Assembly (NCBI GenBank): GCA_002633005.1
Contig: NMRA01000055.1
Location: 800,282-864,281 of the forward strand
Length of the DNA: 64,000 nt
Direction of reading: 5' to 3'
Source of the DNA: Phoronis australis
Taxonomy: Eukaryota; Animalia; Phoronida
Position numbers and translations under genes: made by a program. Numbering within the stretch: the stretch's first letter is position 1; each line of letters starts with the position of its first letter. The notes beneath the pieces were generated by a model. The model made no database searches, was not told where the DNA came from, and saw only the letters and a program-made list of their open reading frames with translations. Shown piece by piece: positions 28,101-40,687 of the stretch.

Positions 28101-28967
28101 CTGTAGTCATGGTGATTACGATGCAATGAATGGGTTGTACTACTTGTGTTTAAGGGGTAATAAAAATGATGAGGAAGGCTCATATGGGATTGGGTGGTAC
28201 TGAGATGAAACATTTACGTCACCAACCCGTAATGAATGCACACAGCTCATAGGACATTGACAAACCAGTACAAAGGCAATACGATCACTCCAGCTGTCGG
28301 GTAATGGAGGGACCATATGTTCCCGATAAGGAATTGCTCAACAGTTTTTCTTTATCATTGCTAAAACAAAATCTACTCACGCTAAATGTGTCAGGATATA
28401 ATGCCTGTGAATAATTCTAGAATAGCTAGATTGAACACAAATACTCGAACAAAACTATAATTACTAAATTGCTTTTATTGTCATAAATATGTATGCAAAT
28501 TGTGTATTGTCATAAAAAGACACAGACAAAGGCTATAGCAGATGATTTTTTGCATTGTAATGGATTTAAGTTAAACCTGAATTTTGTCCCGGGGGGGGCA
28601 ACCATAATTTTATATCATTTTTGAAGAGAAAATGTTGAGCAAGGCCTGAAAGTCAGCATGTCAACGTCACTTATCTTGTGGTGTCCACAATAGCCGTTCC
28701 TAATCTACAGTGTCATTCGGTTACTTAAAACAACGTCAATCTACACTTGGCATTTTGAAAATTAAGGATACCTGACCAAGAATTCAACAAGACATTTTCC
28801 ACTTTGGCAGCTTCAAATTTCTGTTGAAGGGTTTCTTTAGGAATGTCGTATGGCCAGGCCAATTCCACGGCATCAAACCCGGCGTTCTTTGCAGCAGCAA
28901 ATCTATCTTCAAGTTGAGGTACCTCTAAGAACATCTTAGTAAGATTAGCTGCAAATTTGAGACTCAT
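19144..28967 (-). CDS. HYI: Hydroxypyruvate isomerase (xylose isomerase-like TIM barrel), 8 coding exons
   Basis: Exons 28967-28772, 26917-26806, 25720-25630, 24056-23981, 22199-22150, 21715-21646, 20497-20363, 19196-19144, all GT-AG and in frame. The protein reads [13 protein letters not shown]...MHIMAG...LIEPIN...[14 protein letters not shown]...[14 protein letters not shown]...GEINY...IGLEYGP...EGLKWL, the Hyi family signature. Confidence 0.95.
21535..21635. mobile_element. Palindromic ~100-bp MITE-like repeat (family A)
   Basis: Arms ATAGTCGGATATAAC...TTTTGAGAACCAG and CTGGTTCTCAAAA...GTTATATCCGGCT surround a conserved TTCTCCACTGAATAA core. Other copies are at 18612-18720, 40586-40687, 41176-41252 and 52774-52881. 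Confidence 0.8.
25868..26022. repeat. Inverted-repeat element (family B); arm-like copies also near 1465, 56146, 56390 and 60226
   Basis: CACGCCACCTGTTGGT...CATGTGACCTG pairs with CAGGTCATATGATGTGACCAACAGATGACGTG. Confidence 0.55.
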
Positions 28968-29026
28968 CTCGCAAGATGTTGACAACTTATTCACGGACAT
29001 ACGAACCAAAGCACCGGCCATATGAG

Positions 29027-29107
29027 AGGTCAAAGGTCATTAGTACAGAAATCACGCAAGATATCGCGGTTTTTGTTGTCAAATGACGTCATTGTTGTAA
29101 AATGGCG
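29027..29107. promoter_or_regulatory. Motif cluster in the divergent promoter between HYI and the membrane protein gene: DR1, CRE, YY1-like
   Basis: AGGTCAaAGGTCA at 29027-29039, palindromic aaTGACGTCAtt at 29082-29093 and AAAATGGCG at 29099-29107, all 60-140 bp upstream of the HYI ATG. Confidence 0.55.
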
Positions 29108-29529
29108 ACGAGTGTCAGGGAGAGGTAAATATCGCTTCTTCTTCTTTTCACGTCCTTCTTTGCTTAATTTCAACAACGCACGCCAAAATTTCACACACCT
29201 GGTGTAATTTGAGTTATGTGCTCACTTCCATATGAACAACTAATCTAGGTCCCGTGTCTGTGTAGACTGTCTATGACCACTGTAGAGCCCTAGAGGGCCC
29301 AGTGGCAGTACGGCAGCAGCAGAGTAGCTGAGTGGGGCAGCAGGCAGTACACTCCGAAACCCTATAGTCGTCCGCCTAAGCATAAAACCGGCTTGTTGTC
29401 TTACTCACCCAATTATTCCACTTCAAAGTTATGATCTGAATAGGACTTGATTTAACTCTCACAAATATATAGTATTCGTTGATTCAAACGTTTTCTTTTA
29501 CTTAAGCCGAGTTGTTCAACTGTGCATTG

Positions 29530-29668
29530 NNNNNNNNNNNNNNNNNNNNNNNNNNNNNNNNNNNNNNNNNNNNNNNNNNNNNNNNNNNNNNNNNNNNNNN
29601 NNNNNNNNNNNNNNNNNNNNNNNNNNNNNNNNNNNNNNNNNNNNNNNNNNNNNNNNNNNNNNNNNNNN
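29530..29668. other. Assembly gap (N run)
   Basis: Run of N bases. Confidence 1.
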
Positions 29669-30350
29669 NGAACAAAAAAGTGCATTAGTAAAATCAACAA
29701 GTTTTTAAGTGGTCTCAAAAAAACAGTCGGTAAATGCATTAATTTTAGTCTCAGTTCTTCCACGCGTGTTTCTCCCGAGAGGTTAGTACCTAACGTGCAG
29801 ACGAGCGTTCCAAATTGGAACGCTAAGTCCCGCGTGGCAGCGCTGCACGCGAAACAAGATGGCGGACGACCTTTGGAGACTGACGACGAGAGGTAATCGG
29901 ACTATACTATAGGAGCTTCATCCGCCGGACACTTTACCCCTATTATGTCTTACTCTGATTAAAACGTCAAAGTCACGTTGTTATAGGTACTTTTTCCGCA
30001 TAGAGAAATAACTGTAGGAGGCCTTTGTTGTCTTTCATTTCTTTCAACTCGAACAAATACTCCCATAATCAAACTTTTTCTCCGAGCAGTCTTTCATTAA
30101 GTTGTCCAATTCGACAACTGGCCATTTTTACACTGTGCACATTGCTATTTTTATCACGCCGGCCAGGTGTTTTTCATACACATATATCAAGCAGAGACTT
30201 CCAACGTAAATCTTAATCTCTGTACAAAAATATGTATGATCCAAACATTGAGATTTCTCGTGTAATGTTTAACCATATTGCTTGTTTAGTAACTTAAGAA
30301 AATCATTTGTTTCATTTTAGATATAAGAAAGAATGATCACGTAATTCAAT

Positions 30351-33300
30351 ATGGCGAAAGATACTAACAGTGGGCTGCGGGAGTCTTATCCACTCCTCCC
30401 GACCACATCCGGTGAACGCCATGATAAACATGGCTATGTCAACAGAGGTTTTGACTCAAAGATTAAGATCAGTCGGAACAAAGATTTCTGGGAAGACCGT
30501 GAATGGGATGATGACAAGACACTTTTTTCGTACGATAAGAGGAGAGGTACATCCATGATCGCTTACGATTGTTTCCTCGTTCTTCTCGACTACTTACATC
30601 TGTTCTCTCTGCTTCAGTCCCTGGGGCTGCGCTGGCCCTGGCCTCAGGGATGGATTCAGTACTCATCTTGGGTGTTCTTGTTCAACATTGATGTCTGGGA
30701 CTTCTCCAAAGTGTATAGCAATGGCACATACAAGAGTGTGAAAGATTATACCGTCCCCTCGGCTGAAATGCCTTATCACTATTGGCAACTGCTGGTTGGT
30801 TGGCTGGTAGTGCTAGTAATTGCTGCTCTTGTGTTCGCTATCCTTTACATTGTTCTGAACGTACACAAGCACCCATACATGATGGTTCACATTGCCCACC
30901 TGCAGAGGGCGTATGTGGTCATAGTCGAAATCCTCGCACTCCCTCTTGGACTGACGATAGCGCGCATATTCAATTGTAAACCCGACGCATCCGTAACGTC
31001 CGACAAGCAACTGGTTGACGTTAGCAATGGTGTGGAATGTTTCAGTGATATGCACTGGGCTTACATTGCACCTTCATCTGTGGTCGCCTTTCTACTTTTC
31101 CTCGCCTTACCAGTGTGGCTGATATTTAACATCAAACAAGAAATCCTGGCCGCCTCCTCGGACCAGCATGAAGGATTTTTACAACTGAAGGAGACAGAAT
31201 ACATACAGGGCTTGGACATGGTGTTTGTTGTCAAGGGTTACCCGTTGTTCTCCTCATTTAGACTATGGGGTGTCTACTACAGACCTACCATACTCCTCTT
31301 GAAGTTCGCAATCCTTGTGTTTTACGCGACGCTATTCCAACACACATTCGCGCAGTCGCTGATCATTAACTTGATCCTTTTTGTAACGCTTGTAGCGCTC
31401 ATTATTGTACGTCCATTCCGCGTGAAACCGTTCAACTTCATGCTGATTGTCAATTATCTATGTCTCATGGCCAATTGCCTTCTTGGAACGATGCTGACAT
31501 CCTTCGACAGTACCACTGTGCAGTCACCTTGGTTGACTCCAACTTATATGACCTACATTCTGCTCTTGATTAATGGCTTCTGGCTGCTATGCGTCATGGG
31601 TAAGTGATTGTGATCATGATAATTATGTAGAACGTAATATAAGCATCTTTGTATTCCGTCACGTAATGTTTTTGGTATAGTTTTATCATTCTAATTGTCT
31701 ATAGAGTGTGAATTTGGATTGCAATTGTTGATTTTGTTCGCTGTTCTTTAATGTCGGAAAATCATCTGACAAGGTTCAATTTGTTATGTTCCAGAAATGA
31801 ACGAATCGCAGGTGATACTTTATTAGTTTCATTCACTGCATTTTGTTCATGGTTCGTTGAGATCATGAAGAAATTTTGTAATCGCTGATTTGTCTGTATG
31901 TTAAAGAGGTGATGCTTTTGCTTGGTTGCTAAATCTCTGGCAACATTTCCTTATTTCTGAATTTGTACAAGACAATACAATATCCTTGGCATTTTTGTTA
32001 AAATCGGTTAAGAAACAATTTTGCATAATATGGTGTATTATAGCATTTGTATGGTTCTTGCATTGGTGGAGATGGGTTTGTTCAATAATACGGCTAAAGT
32101 GCAAATTAAACCAAATTTAGTGATTGCTTGATTTTCTTTCAGTGTTCCTTGTGTATATTCTCCTGCGTCATCTAAACCTTCTCAAACGTTGGATAAGGGA
32201 GCCTCTGTGGCCGTCCATGACTTCCAGGGGACTAAACAAACTGAGCCCAGAAACGAGAAAGTTCATGCGAGGAATACTCCGAGCTCGCCATCTTCTGGGT
32301 AATTAGGAAACTACTCTTGTCACGACCATTACTGACAATAATGTTCATTTGTTCAGAAATCCTCTTGGTGTTCTCCACAGCCTGTTTTAATTTATCTTGT
32401 GAAGGAATTTGAATTTCCCCCTCTCTAGCTTGACTTATGTGCATCAAGTTCGAAAACTGTATACAACGTGTTCGAACTTCTGTGAGACTAACTATTTCTT
32501 AAGCAGATAACAGGAAATTTTGGATTTTTGACGCCTGTTCAATGCATATTTTCTAATACTTATCTTACAAACTTTCCACAGTATGGACATGAATTTTTTA
32601 TTAAATTTTAGTTTCGTGTTGTGGAGAAAACTGCGTATTGTGTGTTGACAATTCTAAAACTTGAACGATCCTGAACAAAACATAAAAATACGACAATATG
32701 TTATTTTACCTTGTATTATTTAAAGTTAATCTGAGACAGATTGAGCAATTTGCCATTTTGCTCTGCAAGAGTTATGAGTAATCAGTCTCTTCATGTCCGC
32801 AATTTGTAAGTCTTAATTATCACGTTCTACAGAGCGATGCCTTGCGATGCCGCCGATATTTGCGCCAGTCCATGAGCTGTCGCGTCAGATCCAGATCATC
32901 AACGCTTACTGCCGAGAGGCGGAGCTACTCAAAGATCCCATTCACCCCACGCTGTGGGACCTGCTGGATGACATGATCGAGTCCTACTCTAAGATCGCTC
33001 CCAAGTCTTTATTTTCTGGTAAGGACTCCAGTGTCATGTCCAGTTATTTTGCTCATCTTTGATCAACTCCCAACACTGTAGGATGTTTGAGGTGATGTGA
33101 AATAAATACTAATTACTCTTGTGTTGCTCTCTAGTCCTTGTAATCTGACAATAGCTGTAGTAGACTATAACTCCTAAATTTCTGTTATTCATTAATACAC
33201 TGGATTGGTGTAATAAGGATACTCGACACAAAAATGCTCTGTTTTCAACGACTTTGAAAGTACGGTAAAATCTCACCAGTTTCGGACAAAAATAATTTCA

Positions 33301-36300
33301 ATCGGTGAAAGTGCTCTTTAATTTTTTTGAATGAATACAATTTCTCAGAGTCATTGCCTGATAGTAGTTATGGCATAAACCTTTGAAAATCATATAGCAC
33401 TTGTTTTGGTGATACTTATCGTTAATGAAAAAAAATTGACAGTAAAATGTCACTTGTTGGTCATGTTGTGTCTTATATTGGTGACATTTTACTATAAAAA
33501 TCCAAGCTCGAATTGTGAAATGTACGATTTCAAAATATGGAGTGTGTAAAAGTAACAAAGTGTAAAGTATTTAATTTGTCCATACATGGTCACTGGGGAT
33601 ACAAGTTTCGAGGAAGAGCTTCAGCGATTTGGTGCGCTCACAGGACGCGCGAGTCCTGTGAATTTTGCACAGGCCACAAGAAAACTGTCATTGCTGTACA
33701 AAGGCATTTAAATTTTAACACTAGATTAATAAGAAACATTCAACGTACACCTCTTTAGTGTTGTGGGAGCACAAAAGCAACTTCTGTTTGACCCAATTCT
33801 GGTGGTGAAGACGGCAAAGTTTCCGAAAATGAAACAAAATTTTTCTATAATTATTCAATTACATTTAGCAATGTTGGACTTTTTATGGAAATCATTGAAC
33901 ATTGCACTCTCAGTGCAACAATGGTGATTTGTTGATATGGCGTTACAAAGAATGTTAGAAAATGCTGTGTAATTCCATTGGTTCAATTGTAGGTGGCGTT
34001 GCACATTTGCACACAAAATAATCTATTGTCATTTAACAATATAGCAAATTTGAACTTGTTGCTGCATTACACAGCAGTTGGCCATTCTAAAGATTTATTA
34101 GACAGGTACCAGGTCCCAATAGGTAGACATGGGTGTTAACTTGCCTCGCATGTTAATTACGGAGATGTGGTTTTCATTGTCAGTTGTGTTTTCACGGATG
34201 TTGTAGTGAATCCCTTATGTTTGTGCTTTGCAGAAAGTGTGAAGGATACTATCCGTCAGACGGCTGCTGAACTTATGAAGGTTATGCCCATGTTTGTCCG
34301 ACGCCTGGCACAGCGCGAGTATGACTTCATTCTGATGAAGCCCGTCAAGAGGCGCTTACTGCTGAAGATGTACTGCATGGGTGAGATCTTGTTCTGTCGT
34401 CATAGCAACACACTAGCATACGAGAGGTCTGTATTCTAGTGATAACAGATGGAGATTTACAATTTTGAGGTGGTGAAATCACTTCTACATTTTTGTGAAG
34501 TGTTGTTACCAAAATAACATTGGAGTTTTTGGCCGTTTCCCTTTCATATGTAGGTAGTGCTGGTCTGGATGGGGAAGAAAAAAATTCTCAGCAATCAAAC
34601 ACAATTGATCATAAACATCAGCATGATAGAGTGGCAATGTTGTAATGAGTGGAGTCATTCACATTCATGTGTTTGCTTAAGAGGGTCACTTGTTATTAAA
34701 AACATTTGTGCTGGGGCTCATTTTTGCAAAAAGAAATATTTTAGATTGACCAGATTTTTATAGTGGTACCATCAATCTACAGATGAAATGAGTACCCCAT
34801 ATCTAAAGTGATTTTTGATAAGAAAGTGCATAGGCACACAGTGTTGTACCAGACGGCTGGCAAATAATTTTTTTTTACTGTTCGGTTTACATTTTTGCAT
34901 AAATGACATGCATCTTAACTTGGATGAATTAAAGATGTGTATGACCCTACAAATGAGTCCATATTTGGCTAAATTTGGAACATCGTATCTCAGAAATAGC
35001 CGATCGGATTTGTATGAACCTTTAAGATGGTATGCTTTCTACATTGGTCTTCGAAACACTGTTAGAAATAGTTTTAAAATGGTCCACTTTTGTATGAGGG
35101 TCTATTAAATACAGGACTTTTGTGGTTCTCATGAAAAAACCTAAAGTTGCATGAAACAGAAATTAAATGATATTTTAGAAAACTGTTGTTTTGATATCTC
35201 ATCTTGAACATCTACGTCAAATAAAATTTGATCATATTATTGATATCGTTGTTTTGCTGTGAATGTACCTTTCTTTTTGGTACATTTTACTAAAAGGACA
35301 CGGTCATGTGACCCAGTTAACGACAGATTGGTAAACAGTAAAAAATCAAAGGTTTTCTGCTTTCAGAAAATACCTACTTTAACCGACTTGTTAAAATCAT
35401 CGGTTTTGTCGATTTTTGTCTAAATACGCAGACTTGTCCATCAGGTCCAACATGACCTTAATTCAGGTGTGATTTCATTGTGAAAAAAAAATAAAAAAAA
35501 TAATTGCAGGCCGTCTGATACACATTGTANGGGATTGCACTACCTGTATTGAGATGTCATTCTCTGAGAAATCAAAGCTCTTGATTTTCCGTTAAGTTAC
35601 GGCTTTGTTGCATTTTAGGCTTGTTTCTAAATGGCCGGGCTGAGAAGGTGAGAAAGGCGCAGGTGAACGCTCCAGCAATCAGGAAGATTTGGCGTAAGAA
35701 CTCGATAGAAATTGAGGAAGAGGGTAGGTAGAATTACTTGGTGCTTTAAGCTTTAACTTCTTAATGAATTTGTTACCTTAAGGATGAGTAACAGAATAGA
35801 TTTGCTGCTAAAGAAAAAAATATTGAATTGAAATCTATTCCAAGATAATAGAATAGATTCTGCACTTAGAGTAAAAATTGTAAATTCATGCAAATAAGGT
35901 GAAGTCTGCTCAGCTTCGCGCAAGTTTTTGTTCGGTGTTAATGATTAAAAGGTTTTAAAAAGTCACACAAAGTCATCTCAGCTGCATGCAAATTTTTGTC
36001 TAGTAGTATAAGGTTGAGCCATCTGGGGTTTACTAGTGAAACAGAACATCCATATTTTAACTCGGTGTCGTTGTTTACAATAGTATCAACAATTCGTTTG
36101 TAAAGGTTTCCGATGAATCAATTCTGAATATTTTTCAATTCTTACCACAAGTTAGTTAATGGGCGTTTTAGTGCACACTCATTTCATTGGTTATATTGGT
36201 TAATGAGTTAGACCAGCGAGTTTTATTATGCACTTGTTATCTCCCTTGTCTACAGAGGATGATGGGTACTATGAGGACATGTACCCAGAGAAGATGCAGG

Positions 36301-39300
36301 GTCCAAACTTTCAGCACCCAGAGACCCTACTGGACATGGGTCTGGAGTCTGACTCGGACGACGAGTTCTTGGACAATTTGGACTCTTGGGCACAGGAGCA
36401 CCCCCGCTCCAGGGGAGTGAGTGTAAGTATGCAGAGGTGTAGCTGGGACACACAGGGGCCTCTGGAAGGAATATCAATGTCAAGAGCAAGGGATTCTCTC
36501 TGAGATGGGAAAATCACCATTTAGAGTTCTTGGACTGTAGAGTCTTGAACAGAGGAGTACCTTATAGGCCGGTTGTAGTGCAAAATACGTCTGGAGGGTT
36601 TCATAATGTGGTAGGCACAAGTATTGTTGGTTTCTGTGACTGTATGGTTGACCACCTCTTTGACACAGTAATGTCTGTACTACGTCGTACATTAAGTGCA
36701 GGAATTACAGTAAGATTTTTACAATTTGGGACAGTCTCTAAAATTAGGGTCACAAAAATTTCAACAAAAATTGAATTTTCTTGATTCTGTAAAGTGAGTC
36801 ATGGCCAATTTGGTGTTCATGGTATTTCTTAAATTTCGATCACTTCTGCATCAACTGAGCCTGAAAAGAGATTTCGCTGTCAGTTCATTAAATCAACAAA
36901 AATAGCTGCCAAGGCAACCTTTTCGTGCGTCCTATTGATATGTAATATCAAGATGAATGATGGTTTGTCGTTGATGGCAATTCTTGAATTTGGGATTACG
37001 AATATTGCGTAGTTCTAAAATTTGGTACAAGCTGTGACCTTGAGCAAAATAATTAATTTTTCACTTTCCCAAGCTGAAGAATTTTTACTTTAAGTTTTAA
37101 GAGCCATAATAGATGCAGGCAAATGCTCTCTTTTCACAGTGTCATTAGGTACTCGTGACTCTTAAAAGACATTATAATGTAGTCTTGTGGACATTGTCTC
37201 ATTGCTGAGATTAAACTGGATCTCTTTTAAGCATTAAAATTAGAGTGATTTTGTTGTGGAAAATTTAAGTCTGCCGAGTGTGCTAGTCAATTTGTCTTAA
37301 CGTCTGCGGAAAAATGAAATCGGTGAAGCCCAAAAAGTGTTCACCAGTCTTGAATTGGACTTTTCCTGTTCATCATAAACAACTCTCAGATTACATGAAT
37401 ATGAACCCATGGTACAGATGTTGTATTTCAGTTTGTAGGGAAATTCCAATTATTAATATTTGCATGCAGGTTAATCTTTGTTTTCTTTTTTGACAGAGGT
37501 TGAGTGATGACTTGTCAAGATTGTTGGGAGACGACATTTCACTGAACCTGTCGGAAATGATGGCTGGTATACCGAGTCTTCATGACTCATCGTCGGGAAG
37601 TTCAAGGTCAGTAAAGTAGTAGGGGAGGTATTGGTGCAAGATACAGGGTAACACACAGATATGTCTCGAATTGTTTTCCAAAATGTGGTGGAAACGGGAT
37701 GGGTGGAAGCAAAATTCATTGAGAATCATAGAAAATCTGCCTCTCAATGTAAGTCTGTCTTCAATCAATCCATCTTACATTTTATTTATAGGAAATGATG
37801 AGCGTATTTTAGGATGAAGAATGCACTCTAATAAAAGACAAATATCCATTCTTCATTATAGCGGCGGCGTAATGAAATTTCCTTTGTAGCTAGATGGCGA
37901 TTGTGTAATTAGTCGACAGTGCTCTGCATCCCCGTATGGATTTAACACTGTGGGATATTTTCATTTTCTTATAAATTCTTTGTGACTGTCGTGCTGTCAA
38001 ACTGCCAATGTTATGTGGTGAGATATGCAACAGATTCAGGCAAAGACGTCCAACGTCTCGGAATGTCCGTGAATGAAAGAAATTGTGTTTTACCCCTGTC
38101 AAGTCAGACCATCTTTCATACCTGAATTGGAAATTGGGTCAAACCTAAATTGGGTCAAACCTATGATGCTCTTGTGCTCTCACAATCTTAAGATAATTGT
38201 ATGTAGAAGGTCTCCTATAACAGTGATATGAAAGTCTTAGACTCGAACTTTTGTAGCCTTTCCTCATGATGGTTAATTTGGTTATCATCAAAAATGACTG
38301 GTAATATCTTATTAGGTCGGAAAAAATTCGAATTACAAAATGGCTAAGCCACCTTTCTAACTTAACTGTTATTTCTCGTTAATTCTTTGTCACAAGGAAA
38401 GACTACTCTACGATGAATTTGTCTTCTGCCCAATCATCATGACAGGGAACTCCGAGTTACTGTGTCTGAATACTTTTGGCTTGTACTGTATCTGATTTTG
38501 TTGATGCATTCTATCGTTTGCTGAATCCCAACGCGATACGTTGTACTGTGAGATTCTTGTAATCCTCCTTCCACACCAACAACTGCCTCGGTTGTTTTCA
38601 TTGTATCAAAGACAATAGACTCAGCTGTATAGTGGGTCTTCCTGTTGCCCTATTGTGGGCAATATTTCTTCCTGTCCTATTATGGCTCTTCAATTATTTT
38701 TGAAAACTTAAATTTTGAACGCTTAAAAGTATTCAGTGGTCATCCATGTCTATAGAGCTTTCACTCAGCCCCACCTTAAAAATTGTGAAAATTTTTTGTA
38801 GTAAACTAATGTCTCCCTGTTTCTACAGACCTGCCAGCAGCGCCTCTCGACTGGTGCGACCATTAACCTCTAACTCTCATAGAAGCAGTCAACGGTCGGC
38901 CAACTCCCTCAGTATGGATGGACGCATGTCCAGCACCCCGGTAGCTGACCATAAAGCAGGACTGAGACCAGCTTCATCTAAGTCATCACCCAACAGTTCC
39001 CATGGTGCAGATGAACAGCCTCCTCGACCTCGAAGTGTTCAGAGGGTACTCGACGAATCACTTGGAAGACCCAGCAGTAGTCAAGGAAGACCCGTGTCCC
39101 CTCAGGCACAGGAAAAGCGCGATAGTGGACAAAGAAGGCCTGATAGTGCACAGCAAAGGCCTGAGAGTGCTCGGCAAAGACCTGGAAGTGCACAAGAGAG
39201 GCCTGGTAGTGCACAGTCTAAACCCAGAAGTGCGCACTCTAGGCCTGACAGTGCACAACAAAGGGCTGATGATGCCCAGCAACAACCAGAGAGTGTGCAA

Positions 39301-39462
39301 GATAGGCCTGCGAGTGGACAGTCTAGACCTAGAAGTGCACAGTCCAGGCCTGGCAGTGCACAACTAAGACCTGAGAGTGCGCACTCCAGGGCTGGCAGTT
39401 CTAATGTCAAGTCTGGTCAACAGTTGATTCTAGGTACTGCAGAAGATGAATCTGTTGTGTAA
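30351..39462 (+). CDS. Uncharacterised multipass membrane protein (~915 aa, about 8-9 TM segments, helical/acidic cytoplasmic region, RPxSA-repeat tail)
   Basis: Frame-compatible exons 30351-31599, 32143-32298, 32833-33018, 34234-34380, 35619-35723, 36256-36416 (or 36422), 37497-37606, 38829-39462. An in-frame TAA lies just upstream of ATG 30351, the exon acceptor is at 30320, and AATAAA is at 40539-40544. Confidence 0.85.
35355..35461. repeat. Dispersed repeat end (family E); copies at about 3130-3235 and 49050-49145
   Basis: Shared CTTTCAGAAAAT...CCGACTT...CAGACTTGT..ATAAGGTCC...CCTT.A. Confidence 0.55.
36690..37080. repeat. Old dispersed repeat (family C); copies at about 62570-62950, 20880-21120 (reverse) and 57930-58060
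   Basis: Shared blocks such as AAATTGAATT.TC.TGATTCTG, ATAGCTGCCAA, CAATTCTTGAATTTG, AATATTGC.TA.TTCTAAAA and GACCTTGAGCAA. Boundaries are approximate. Confidence 0.65.
39135..39400 (+). repeat. Coding 21-bp tandem repeat (heptapeptide RPxSAxx, about 12-13 units)
   Basis: AGGCCTGA/GxAGTGCACAx units translate to RPDSAQQ RPESARQ RPGSAQE RPGSAQS KPRSAHS RPDSAQQ and so on. Confidence 0.9.
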
Positions 39463-40538
39463 CACCAAAGACTTGAGCTTGTTACATACATATACTGATA
39501 AAATTGAATTTGTTATGTTTAGTGCAGTTTTAGGTTCTTCTTTCCATTGTTGACCAAAACGAGTTTGGACCATGTCTATCCTCACACAACTCTCTTACAG
39601 TAACTATAAAATTTGATTTTGATTGTCAAAACAGCATGCTGTTGTTCAAATGTTTTTCTTTTCAAAGTCTTAAGTAAATTTTTTCAACTTTTTATATTGT
39701 AAACGTTATTAGTGAATTGTTCAACTTTAGGAAGGGCGTGCCTTGGTTACCAATCTTTCGTCGCTTTTTTGTTTACTTTCAGTTGTACGAAATTAATGTT
39801 TATACAATCTACCACACTTAACCCATTGCATATCTAAACAGACTTCATCATGTTTTGTTCGACTCAAATTACAAAATTGATCAGTTTTTGTTTTCGTTTT
39901 CATCACGATCTGTATGGTGATGAATTGAGTGAGGTAGCCTCTGTGATTAAACAGCTTGTAAGCCTCCATTCTATCCATGAAGCGAATTTTTGATTTAGAC
40001 CACTTGCAGCTATTAAGCTGGTTTCAACTTGTTTCCCCGAGATGAGAAATGATTTTTAATCTTTCAAAGAACTGGGTGTTTATTTCTTGAAACCGTGCTC
40101 AGAACATAAAGTGACACGCCACGAAAAGCCAACTTGTACAGCTCGTCTTGGGCAATAACGAACCATCAGTTCTTTTGAAACCATGAAATCACCTTGACTA
40201 AAAAACAGTTGGAGACAAATTTCGCAACGGTACGCGATCTAAATTGGATGTTTTTTTGTGATGGGAGGTATTTTTTGCCATTTTTATTTGAAATTGTTCT
40301 GTGCGCTCAGATTTTTCATAATTTTTAGTCATTCCATATTTTTATTATCTGTATAATTGTGCTTGCTAAGTCGTTTATTAGTTTTTTCATATCTTCTATT
40401 ATTAAGCATTCATCTCTGCAGTCGAGTACCGTTTTATTTGTGATTTTTAACAATAATCAATATTTGCTGGTATATGCTGGTCATATATGAAGAATCATCG
40501 TAATGTTTTAAATTTTGTACTTTGTTATATATATCTGG

Positions 40539-40544
40539 AATAAA
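40539..40544 (+). terminator. Candidate polyadenylation signal of the membrane protein gene
   Basis: AATAAA at the end of a U-rich 1.1-kb stretch after the stop codon. Confidence 0.5.
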
Positions 40545-40585
40545 CACATTTAACTTCAAACTATTGTGGCTATTGATAGCAGGCA

Positions 40586-40687
40586 ATAGTTCGATAGAAT
40601 GTGCTTACATTTTGAGAACCAGTTTGATGCCCGTTATTCAGAGGAGAAAAGTGGTTCTCAAAATGTGAGCACATTATATCCGACCAT
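40586..40687. mobile_element. MITE-like family A copy
   Basis: CATTTTGAGAACCAGTTT...TTATTCAGAGGAGAAAAGTGGTTCTCAAAATG with extended inverted arms. Confidence 0.8.

Noticed and set aside
29452-29896. ORFs spanning the N gap
   Set aside because: Their length is an artefact of the unknown bases.
38978-39410. Overlapping and antisense ORFs over the heptad repeat
   Set aside because: By-products of the 21-bp repeat lacking stops in other frames.
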